Assembly (NCBI GenBank): GCA_021513695.1
Contig: CP084166.1
Location: forward strand, 2,624,001 to 2,688,000
Direction: 5' to 3'
Length of the DNA stretch: 64,000 nucleotides
From: Candidatus Heimdallarchaeum aukensis
GTDB lineage: Archaea > Asgardarchaeota > Heimdallarchaeia > Heimdallarchaeales > Heimdallarchaeaceae
Positions 48,801 to 55,503 of this stretch are shown piece by piece (position 1 is the stretch's first letter; each line of letters opens with the position of its first letter). The translations under genes and the position numbers were made by a program. The notes beneath the pieces were generated by a model that saw nothing but the letters and a program-made list of their open reading frames with translations, was not told where the DNA came from and did not search any database.

Positions 48801-51800
48801 TAGTGATGTCTTCTGTTAAGAAGGTGAGTATATCCCCGACGCCAGAATAAACAAGTTTTAACATTTGTTCTAACTCTAAATCCAAGAAGAATACAGATGA
48901 GAGATACAACTTTGCTTCTTTAAATACATTCATGTTCACTAGATATGGGTATGATTTTCTGATTTCAGACATTCTAGAAATGAAGTCTTGAATTGAATAA
49001 ATCCCTAATTCATGTAATTTTTCTACATATTCACTTGTTATTGATGGACAATTTTCTAGAGGAATTGCAAAACGAAGTCTTTTCTCTTTTAATTCATCTA
49101 AAGATAACAAGTCAAATATATGAAATTCATCATAAATAGGATTGTTTAGAATTTGTGATAATTGTCCTTTTTCAAAAAGAGACAAATCGATTACTGAGTG
49201 AATATCCTGTAATTCTAGTTTCTTTATTTCTTCAAAAGACAAGAAACTAAGAAAAGTTATTGAACCTGATAATATTTCTTTAAATTCTCTATATTTCTCT
49301 TGCTTTAAGATACTGGATGCACCCATTCTTACTCCAGCATAGTACAAAGTTTCTATGTCTGATATTCCTATATCTCGTAATTTAGAAATTTCAGTTTCCG
49401 TGATGAGAGAAGAAGGCATAATAGGGTGAGATCTTGCTTTGTGTAATTCAACAATTTCACTATAAGATAGATTTTCCTTTATTTCATTAATCCTTTTTTG
49501 TGTTTCATTAGATATTTCAGAAAGTTTTTTGGTTGGTGTTGAATAAAAGTCTATTAATGTTGTAATTGAAGATCTGCTAAGAGGAAGAGCAAGATTAACG
49601 TCCAAGTTTAGTGAAGAAATAGGAATAGACAAATCACCTATAAGTTTATCTAAACTATTTTCTTCACCTAGTTTGTTTTTAATTTCCAAGAGAGGAGAGT
49701 TCTCCTCGAATTCAAGTTCAAATAAGCTCCCTAAAGTAATTATAAAGTATTTATTCCTCATATCTTCACTTAAAAGATTGAGAAAAGGTGTAATTCCAAG
49801 TGGTAATTCAAAAACTGAACGAATAAGTGTAATGTTACATTTTTCAAAAGCTAATTGTCTTTCAAATTCGCTGAGGGTTTTTATCAAATCTGTGCTGGAA
49901 ATAACATCAAGTAATGTTAACTCTTCAATATCTTCCAGAATAGTAGAAAAGAAGTCTTTATTGTAAGCAGTTGCAGAAAGAAAATCAAAGTAGTGATAAG
50001 CTCTCAAGTCAATTAATTTAGAAGAATAGTCTGAAACAGTTCTAAATAGCGTTCTATCCGTTAAATCGCTATCTAATATGAATATTAAATGGTAAAGGTG
50101 GGTTATTTGGTTTTGATTAAAAATAGTCAAAGAATAATCTGAAATCTCCTGAAAAATCCGTAAAGGAAGTGATAATATTTTCTTTAATGTGAAAACTTTT
50201 CTCCAGATTGATGAGTTTCTGTCGATGAAAACTTCATCGGGACAGTAGAAAAGTTCTTGAATTGATTGAAATCCTTCATAACTGTAAATTGTTTCTCTAC
50301 TTAGCGTTCTTTGTTCATTTTTGTCAAAAAGTCTAGTTTCATATGCATAGATTGCTCGCGCCTCATATTCTTCTCTTATTCTCTGTGATGTTAAAATGTC
50401 AATTATTTCCTTTGTTTCTTTTGTTGTAATGTTTAGGATATTACTGAGTTTAACAGATGAAGTAGAAACGAAATCAACTATAGTTAATATACCCGCTTTT
50501 CTCAATTCTTCAGTTTGTGAAAAAGAGATATTTGGTAAGAAATAAACAGGGAGACTGAAAAAGTAAAAAATTTCACCAAGATCTAGACTTCTCTTAATAT
50601 TATCAAAACGTTCGTCGGGAATCCCTGTTCTTTCCATTAGAACTTTAGATGACGTAAGTAGAAAACCTAACAATGTATTTATTTTGTTTTTCTTTAAGAG
50701 CTTAATTATATCTGGATCTAACATGTCTGACAAGTGCTTAAATCGTAAATTTAGCACATTTTTTAAATTCTGAACTATCTCCCATGGAATTGTTCTTATT
50801 GCCCATTTTTCTTGCTGAGTAGAAAAGTATAGGTCCTCAATGGTAAAGATGTTGTTAGTTTCTAAAATTTCTACTATCGATGGTCTAAAGATATCAAGTT
50901 CAGAAATATCTGTTCCAGTTTCACTAATCCTGATATTTTTCTTGTATTTTTTAGCTTCTTCTAAATCAATTTTTAAAATAGAAGCGATTGTTTCATCACT
51001 AACAAGGAAAAAGTCAATGATTCTTCTGATTCCAGTTTTTCTTAGAGCATTCAGCTGTTCATGGGATAAGCTTGTTATTTCAATTTCTTCAATTTCTTCC
51101 TCTTGTTTTGTTTCTTCATTTAATATCTTCTTCTTTGTGGTTTTTTCCCAAGTAACTAGCGTCAGGGGAGAACGCAATAGTTTCTTGAATTTTTCAATTA
51201 CACCCCATTTTATTATGGGAGCACCAAAAGTGTAAGGGTGTGTTAAATAAAATAGCTGGTCTATAGAATTGTAACCAATAACAAGTAAAGAACGGATTTC
51301 TTCAGGTGAAAAACGTTCTGAATTTTCAAAATCAAAGGAGATTATTGATTCATACTTACCACTAGATACTTTCTCGTAGAATGGTTGTCCATCTCTATTT
51401 ACATCAAAATTGTTTATTAACTCATCAAAATTCTTCTTTGAAAAATTAAGTATCGTGCTTAATTCATCAAAACTGTAATTTAAAAATTGGTGCAGAGAGT
51501 AAATCTTTTTTGAAGCTAATACTTCATAATCTTTAAGTTTCAAGCTTTTTATACGAGTGATTGGTAATTGCAAAAACTGATAGAAATCAATTATTTCGTG
51601 AGATAACAAAACTTTTTCTGCAAACTCATCAGTATCTTTAAGATTTTTACTATTTATATTGTCGTAGAGTTCAAGTAAAATTTTTTTGTCTTTATTTTTT
51701 GAAATTTCTGTCTCAATAAATACAGGTGTAAGTTGAAGGAAATCTCTTATTGTATTTACATCCTTGGTTTTGAGCTTAAGAAGAGCATCATTCAATGACT

Positions 51801-54800
51801 TTGCTTTAGATTTTGTTGGGGCTAACTTTGCTAAAAATATTAGATCTTCATTCATGAATTCTCTAAAGTTATTCATCTTAGTTAAAAGATCTGAAATCGA
51901 CGGAAGTTCTTCTTCAATATAAAAGTAAAACAACTCTTGTATTGTTGTTTGTTGTTCATTGAATTGCTTAACCAATCTTGGAAAGTGTTTTTTTATTATT
52001 TTTAAATTTCCTTTGTATCTTTCTTTATTTTTTGTAATCTTGTTAGCAGATATACTTTGTTTTAGACGTATAATTTCTTGTTCGTTAAGGTTTAATACCA
52101 AAGAGAGTTCTTTATTACTCCATATTAGAAACCTGCCTATACAGTTTACTCCAATTTCATTCAAAACGTTAATTTTCTCGTTTAGTTCAGGAAAAGCAAA
52201 AATCAAGGGAGTTCGTAATAGTAAGTAATCTGAAACATATTGTTTCTTTGTTTGTTCATCTTTAAATTCAAAATTCTCTGGTTGAGAATATAGAATGTCC
52301 TCTACTGTATAAATTTCATATTTACTTGCTTTGTTCTTCAAAGATAGAAAGTTAGGAATGGGCGTACCTATCTTTTTCTTTATTCTTGCAATCTCGCTTT
52401 TTAATAAACCCATTTCGCGTAATTTTTTCGATGGTGTAATCAAGAATGATGTGGAAGTAAATATCTTGTTTTCTAGCAATTTTTCTTCAGCTTTTTCACT
52501 AATCACTTTTAAGTGTGATAGGTCAAGGTCTTTATTTACTTCATTAAGATGAGAAAGAATGCGAAACTTTGATTCTTCTAATAGACTATCAACAAAAACA
52601 CTTAGTTCTTTTTTCATTAACGTTCTTAATTTAGCGTTTGCATATTGTGCTAAGGTTTCTATATTCGCTGATTTAAGACTGTCTAGTATGTTTTTTCTTA
52701 TATTGTCATCTATGGTTGATATTAGTCCTAGTTTGTTAAGAGGGATAGATCTCTCGCTGTTAGCTAGAATAGTGAAAAATCTAGTATAAATAGAACGCTC
52801 TAATTCTTTGATTTCTAAAAGGTCTTTAGTTGGCGTTTTAAGAAAATTATCTATTGTCTCTATCTTTCTTCTATGAAAAGCATTTTTAGAATATCCATCT
52901 ATCCAATCAGGTTTCATTTTTGTAATGTTGACCTTTAGAAAATCAGGAAACTTTTCTGAAACATGTGAAAATACCTTTTTAACGTAATCAATCAACATTT
53001 CTGTTAAATCATTATCATATTTAAACGAAAAAGGCTCATTGAACTTATAAATAAAATCCTCTAACCCCTTAAACTTATTTGAAAAGTTGGGATAACTTGT
53101 TTTTATATAATTGAAATCTGGATACAGAAATTCTTCTTTTAACTCTGAATAATCAGACATAGTTTCTAAATTAAATTTAAATTCTTCGATAAAGATCGAC
53201 AACTCTACTGTTTCTTGGCCATCTTGAGATTTTGTAACTTCGTTAATTAGCTTAAATTTGTTATCTTCTATTAGACGTTCTACTAAACCTTCAACTAAAC
53301 GCAATTGTGTAGCTTCTGTAGCTAAATAATGATAGCTATTTTGAATCCATCTTTGATATAATGCTTCATTGAAACTACTACTAGTTCCTTGACGTGCAAA
53401 CCTCTTATCTATCATTTTATTTGTTAATGCTTTTAGTGGGAGTTCAGGGCTCAACTTAGACCTGTCTAGTTCATAAATTGTTCTTTGTTTTATTCTTGAA
53501 ACTTCTTTTTTTGAAAGATTCAAAATAGGAGCTAGTTCTGAAACAGGTATGGAAAGAAACTTTCCAATTGTTAAAATATCACTTTTAGCACAACTTTTCT
53601 TGTATTTATCAGGGCACCACACATTAAGTTCAAAAATGGGTGTCCCTAAAGGAACAAAATTTCTAATTTTCTTTTTTGCTCCGTGAGCTAGAGCTGCTGC
53701 AACTTTATATTTTTCTTTATTTATGTTTGTATAAACTATTTTTTCATTCTCTAAAATTCTTGCGAGGTTATCAATTACAACAGGTGCTGATCGTACAAAA
53801 CGGGATAATCGTGCATGTTCTCTTTTCCTTCTTTTTGCTCTACTAAGGAATGTTTTAAGTCTTCTACCAAGTTGTTGTAAAGCTAACCTAATCTCTTCTT
53901 CAATTTCTGGGACGGTTGAGATATACTCCTTACTCGTTTCAGGAAAAGGTATTTTTGTACTTACAATTGATACTGCAATCGCGAGAGGATCTGATTGTCT
54001 TGTAAGACCGTATTCACTCCAATTAAGCGAAGAAACTACTTTTGTAATAACGTCATTTCCCGCACCAAAAATTAAAGGAATTCTATTTGCATATCGATAA
54101 ATTATTTTGTTGTCGACTGACGTGCTTCCTTTTTGTTGAGCATATTTTGATACTCCCCCCCCATAACCTATTGCTGCTTCAACGATAAAAGGATGACCAG
54201 AATAAGCTTTTGGAGGACGAGAAATCGCTTCTACAAACTCTGGTTCAAGTTCTTTTTCTAAACCTTTTCTTAATCTTGCTGCTCCTAAAGGAGAAAGAGC
54301 ATCACCTTGTGGAGCATCAAATCTAAAGATTCTATCTCTTTTTCTTTTTATTTCTTTAGCCTCTTGGTAGGCTTTGATAAATCCTTCATGAACTATTCTT
54401 CTAATTTCTTTAGAAGTAAGGTCGCTAGGCTTTTTATTAGGGTCAATTTCTAAAATCTGAAAGAACTCTTCAGCTACTTCTTTTCTTACTCCCATAAAAT
54501 CTTTTGACAGAAAATCAACTAGATTTTCTGCAGAAGTAGCAGCAATTTTTGCTTTAAACTGAGTGATATCACATCCAAATGGGTGTAACTGAATTACTTT
54601 AGGAGGGTCGGGCATATCATCTACTACTTTTTGGAAAACTAATGTTTCACTTGTTCCTTCTTCATCTCCTGGAAGAACTACAGTAAAACTTGCATAGGGA
54701 GTAATTATAGCTAATTGTTTAAAATACTCCTTAATACTGTTCTTTGCTAGATTCCAAGCTCCAGTAAAAGTTATACTTATCTCAGTACCGCTAGTGTGCA

Positions 54801-55365
54801 AATATCCTGGGTCATCTGGATTATATTCGTGTTGTTCCATAATAACAGGTTCATTTTTTTCCAAGTTGATCATTAAATGAACTTCTGTAGTCATTTCTTC
54901 CATGAAGTATCTGCTCTTTATCCTTGCAGGAAGATCTACAGATGACATAGAATGTAGTAGACACATCTTGGCTCCTAAACCAAATCTGCCTCTAGTTTGA
55001 ATTACTCCATATTTTGTTCCTGTTAATACTCTACCAAAAAGATTTGGAATCTCATGACCAGGAACACCTACACCGTTATCTCTACATGTTAACTGAAGAA
55101 AATCAAGATGTTTTTCTAACTGTTTATATCTGGTAATATCTAATAATTCATTAATTTCAGAACTTGATAACTTCCTTAATTCAATATATATTTCAGGGTT
55201 CACACCTAGTTTTTCTGCTGCATCTAAGCCATTCTCGACCAATTCTCTAACAGAGGTAAAAACAGCTCGCATCGAGTTGCCAAAACCTGCAATGGCCTTA
55301 TTTTCATTGAAGAAAGCAGCTGCACTCATTTTTCGTGTTTTATTTTCTTCAGCCACAAAATTCAC
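42811..55365 (-). CDS. top6B: Giant (4184 aa) DNA topoisomerase VI subunit B fusion. The N-terminal ~540 aa carry the Top6B GHKL ATPase and transducer. They are followed by ~3,500 aa of tandem HhH-like repeats and a Lys/Thr-rich basic tail.
   Basis: Bergerat-fold motifs ELVENGLDA (N box), RDNGVGVP (G1) and GRFGLGAKM (G2), then a transducer-like region ending in a long basic helix. The rest is one uninterrupted ORF. A 12.5-kb stop-free frame in AT-rich DNA cannot arise by chance. SD GGAG 7 nt upstream of the ATG. Confidence 0.8.
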   Translation of the reverse strand: MNFVAEENKTRKMSAAAFFNENKAIAGFGNSMRAVFTSVRELVENGLDAAEKLGVNPEIYIELRKLSSSEINELLDITRYKQLEKHLDFLQLTCRDNGVGVPGHEIPNLFGRVLTGTKYGVIQTRGRFGLGAKMCLLHSMSSVDLPARIKSRYFMEEMTTEVHLMINLEKNEPVIMEQHEYNPDDPGYLHTSGTEISITFTGAWNLAKNSIKEYFKQLAIITPYASFTVVLPGDEEGTSETLVFQKVVDDMPDPPKVIQLHPFGCDITQFKAKIAATSAENLVDFLSKDFMGVRKEVAEEFFQILEIDPNKKPSDLTSKEIRRIVHEGFIKAYQEAKEIKRKRDRIFRFDAPQGDALSPLGAARLRKGLEKELEPEFVEAISRPPKAYSGHPFIVEAAIGYGGGVSKYAQQKGSTSVDNKIIYRYANRIPLIFGAGNDVITKVVSSLNWSEYGLTRQSDPLAIAVSIVSTKIPFPETSKEYISTVPEIEEEIRLALQQLGRRLKTFLSRAKRRKREHARLSRFVRSAPVVIDNLARILENEKIVYTNINKEKYKVAAALAHGAKKKIRNFVPLGTPIFELNVWCPDKYKKSCAKSDILTIGKFLSIPVSELAPILNLSKKEVSRIKQRTIYELDRSKLSPELPLKALTNKMIDKRFARQGTSSSFNEALYQRWIQNSYHYLATEATQLRLVEGLVERLIEDNKFKLINEVTKSQDGQETVELSIFIEEFKFNLETMSDYSELKEEFLYPDFNYIKTSYPNFSNKFKGLEDFIYKFNEPFSFKYDNDLTEMLIDYVKKVFSHVSEKFPDFLKVNITKMKPDWIDGYSKNAFHRRKIETIDNFLKTPTKDLLEIKELERSIYTRFFTILANSERSIPLNKLGLISTIDDNIRKNILDSLKSANIETLAQYANAKLRTLMKKELSVFVDSLLEESKFRILSHLNEVNKDLDLSHLKVISEKAEEKLLENKIFTSTSFLITPSKKLREMGLLKSEIARIKKKIGTPIPNFLSLKNKASKYEIYTVEDILYSQPENFEFKDEQTKKQYVSDYLLLRTPLIFAFPELNEKINVLNEIGVNCIGRFLIWSNKELSLVLNLNEQEIIRLKQSISANKITKNKERYKGNLKIIKKHFPRLVKQFNEQQTTIQELFYFYIEEELPSISDLLTKMNNFREFMNEDLIFLAKLAPTKSKAKSLNDALLKLKTKDVNTIRDFLQLTPVFIETEISKNKDKKILLELYDNINSKNLKDTDEFAEKVLLSHEIIDFYQFLQLPITRIKSLKLKDYEVLASKKIYSLHQFLNYSFDELSTILNFSKKNFDELINNFDVNRDGQPFYEKVSSGKYESIISFDFENSERFSPEEIRSLLVIGYNSIDQLFYLTHPYTFGAPIIKWGVIEKFKKLLRSPLTLVTWEKTTKKKILNEETKQEEEIEEIEITSLSHEQLNALRKTGIRRIIDFFLVSDETIASILKIDLEEAKKYKKNIRISETGTDISELDIFRPSIVEILETNNIFTIEDLYFSTQQEKWAIRTIPWEIVQNLKNVLNLRFKHLSDMLDPDIIKLLKKNKINTLLGFLLTSSKVLMERTGIPDERFDNIKRSLDLGEIFYFFSLPVYFLPNISFSQTEELRKAGILTIVDFVSTSSVKLSNILNITTKETKEIIDILTSQRIREEYEARAIYAYETRLFDKNEQRTLSRETIYSYEGFQSIQELFYCPDEVFIDRNSSIWRKVFTLKKILSLPLRIFQEISDYSLTIFNQNQITHLYHLIFILDSDLTDRTLFRTVSDYSSKLIDLRAYHYFDFLSATAYNKDFFSTILEDIEELTLLDVISSTDLIKTLSEFERQLAFEKCNITLIRSVFELPLGITPFLNLLSEDMRNKYFIITLGSLFELEFEENSPLLEIKNKLGEENSLDKLIGDLSIPISSLNLDVNLALPLSRSSITTLIDFYSTPTKKLSEISNETQKRINEIKENLSYSEIVELHKARSHPIMPSSLITETEISKLRDIGISDIETLYYAGVRMGASSILKQEKYREFKEILSGSITFLSFLSFEEIKKLELQDIHSVIDLSLFEKGQLSQILNNPIYDEFHIFDLLSLDELKEKRLRFAIPLENCPSITSEYVEKLHELGIYSIQDFISRMSEIRKSYPYLVNMNVFKEAKLYLSSVFFLDLELEQMLKLVYSGVGDILTFLTEDITTISLILDIPETEIIKIKENISVKKILNEVEEKGIKLESLALLSKRNLLSLQKLNKDTVQDLYGLCYQIKSFSEEFKENIDNFLSLCNSSVFRISNLSRFIKRSLAKNRILRVIDLFIVREKDLKKIFNSIPEELKDKRKGNISLSSGIPILEEDKELISTLTDFKFNLSKASFEDIFGLVPEYLLIFSESEKIEKASSIAKLEELIYGLCLNIFSISDMSLDVKLDLWKNGVKNIIELLTLSSEEKRTIPSNARSEIIRFVKEFSKEKLVNLIPKDHLDILSNKSDKLDIKTSPDVINLLDLLPQPFVISSQILFSNSNSLTSMVKYPIIWLDKFSQIDQLEFLRNLMKEDKKLILDLLLLPPDNIDIELAEYVVSSLSDFQIPKWAIKLRDVKFLSKQQKLYLKKINIEYLDQLLCLQDYSSEDKNLSSIKKTLSLFGTTPISFLSSLSLQQNSILFENKINTILEFLSIPSVSLGKLFEIEYKEINTIKLQISKRNIVSELKLYGIDLNLLPSLTEKELTKEGKLPLIKKREAKEGTSPKTIKKPEVSTIEYLNENEIYSLIQLFYHDVDQLEINKDEKEKLIVNIPILFTPIKTIERILGISTKNINESLKNKKTYYDYLHIPIHLWETLLPKLDKAIKENNSLFIRNLSSLQFSTLDIANLKLNKSLVQKLYSLGVFSIEYLYYFPEEFFLSLPDSYIEEIKDIRMKLSRNINNLPILTLDTIKSCYNKKLVYIIDVISSIQNLDDAMVDEILSSLSMLKNLHLESFIPPLGSYEEKAMKLGYLSYQELLGDVNLKDKSIFAEISPYLLANIRYLGLEEKIETNLKKGGTYTIADLLLIPYKTVAKESRIKLDQILKLRSSIKIDKIKKTIEKDKPNHFVDLPFLSEKEKSTLLSYGFYSFSDLEENSIYNWLYDIKKIEKIRTKIKQILDTSILFLSSINSLKFEEIETKYFDNNLFTIRDLVKNDQLVSFGDYNTIISNLIKDKKKTLSLTLKTKDFLGTINSKNLFSKNIEIPEISNIIDFISVLYMNKEFLTKTGLEILNLLNSSVSIITDFTEKEVEKLNEHKIETLKDLLIKPISYSSFLSEKQLEKVNHVLSTLNVKTIKKLRDKRVQLSNIMLFDSETKKKLLKYYTVIDDLVYDLSKKHCKLRSKLRNNVQKILNKSIYLISFPQLPLENWLKLLSKVSTLQEMLLLSKPALAKIISTNISEVDTFLSKITISRISNPPALKTNIVLQDFDIAELRENGIKNYLDLFENTDVVSNLSPSLRTKIGLLQKLSSRYFDEKLPDLSFQQLVFFNIHHDSLKVNSQVSKRLLDIYSFIFSKPTKFEEKLNLPEKDELKVQYTLESLLLLEKYDKKQFDKITSSFPETITLHFNEYLQFLNRHVILLVNESFENKEKFKQYGNLTIGDLILKPRYQLSQIIDDNRLIRQIRNLSLETLRTLASKLTPIPETILDKTELDVLSQGHIFSIEEAYVFNIVSKSKTSKRWKITEKLRLRIEQKIYSLPLVFESKETFRLLLKSNTKTVYDLLLLNKSSNITVLKNLLSQIPFHDLDSLASQSNSKLIDFVNDKEIINELNENDINSLGELIALFEEKNISDLSMKVKDVLSCFRASLALFIRQKNILFQLAKRGYEQVYDLFFLQNIDDLQIKFTEKQRAEFTELLNSLNMTKVKEQLELNSYRIKDLGLFSDTEKSILENGGYSHIIHLSVSDKRIKEQTELSIRQISTLKELLSYPIYSFYALMQDKPNSIFKLYHKQKYSLWDVFNTKINELTEITNITERQLRNYFATLTPQSLKIAKKGKTQIVKSTPFMSSEIISKLKEIGISSFEELIFADNRTKRKDIFKNKNVQKLLKLIEEPIEKLDVKQQIRNKLNSLGINTIGEFIAYPTSQLEGKLEMTYNDIKKIKQTIPFVKTTTTKAKRPSTTTKKTTTTKTKRPSTTTKKTTTTKTKRPSTTTKKTTTSKRTKQTTLDEISADTKIETKKRSTK
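42904..43038 (-). repeat. Three tandem copies of a 45-bp direct repeat at the 3' end of the giant top6B gene, encoding (KRPSTTTKKTTTTKT)x3
   Basis: The unit ctttgttgttgtacttggtctctttgttttagtagtcgttgtttt recurs at 42904, 42949 and 42994, the last copy with 2 mismatches. It reads in frame on the minus strand as KRPSTTTKKTTTTKT. Confidence 0.85.
43040..53580 (-). other. Region of the giant top6B gene encoding a tandem array of degenerate (HhH)2-type repeats (RpoA-alphaCTD/NusA/HhH_5-like). At least a dozen strong copies and many weaker ones.
   Basis: Recurring ~55-65-aa unit L..xGIxTIxDL...S..eL..ILNI[ST]xKE..EIK..L. Examples: LRKTGIRRIIDFFLVSDETIASILKIDLEEAKKY, LRKAGILTIVDFVSTSSVKLSNILNITTKETKEI, LNEIGVNCIGRFLIWSNKELSLVLNLNEQEIIRLKQ, LNSLGINTIGEFIAYPTSQLEGKLEMTYNDIKKIKQ, LHELGIYSIQDF, LRDIGISDIETL. 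Confidence 0.5.
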
Positions 55366-55503
55366 TCCTTATATTCCGAATTAATGTACAAACATACATT
55401 CTTTTTCTATTATTTAAAGATAAATTAACCGTTTTAATAATTTAGCGCTTTAGGATTGAAATACAAAAAGTGAAATAATAAAATAAAAAATAGAGAAAAT
55501 AGA

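Noticed and set aside
42811-55365. Possibility that the giant ORF is several genes or a pseudogene array
   Set aside because: There is no in-frame stop over 12.5 kb in AT-rich sequence, and the repeats are diverged at the DNA level, so collapse of identical copies is unlikely except in the 45-bp tail. A misassembly joining top6B to a repeat-protein gene cannot be excluded from sequence alone and is flagged as the key check.
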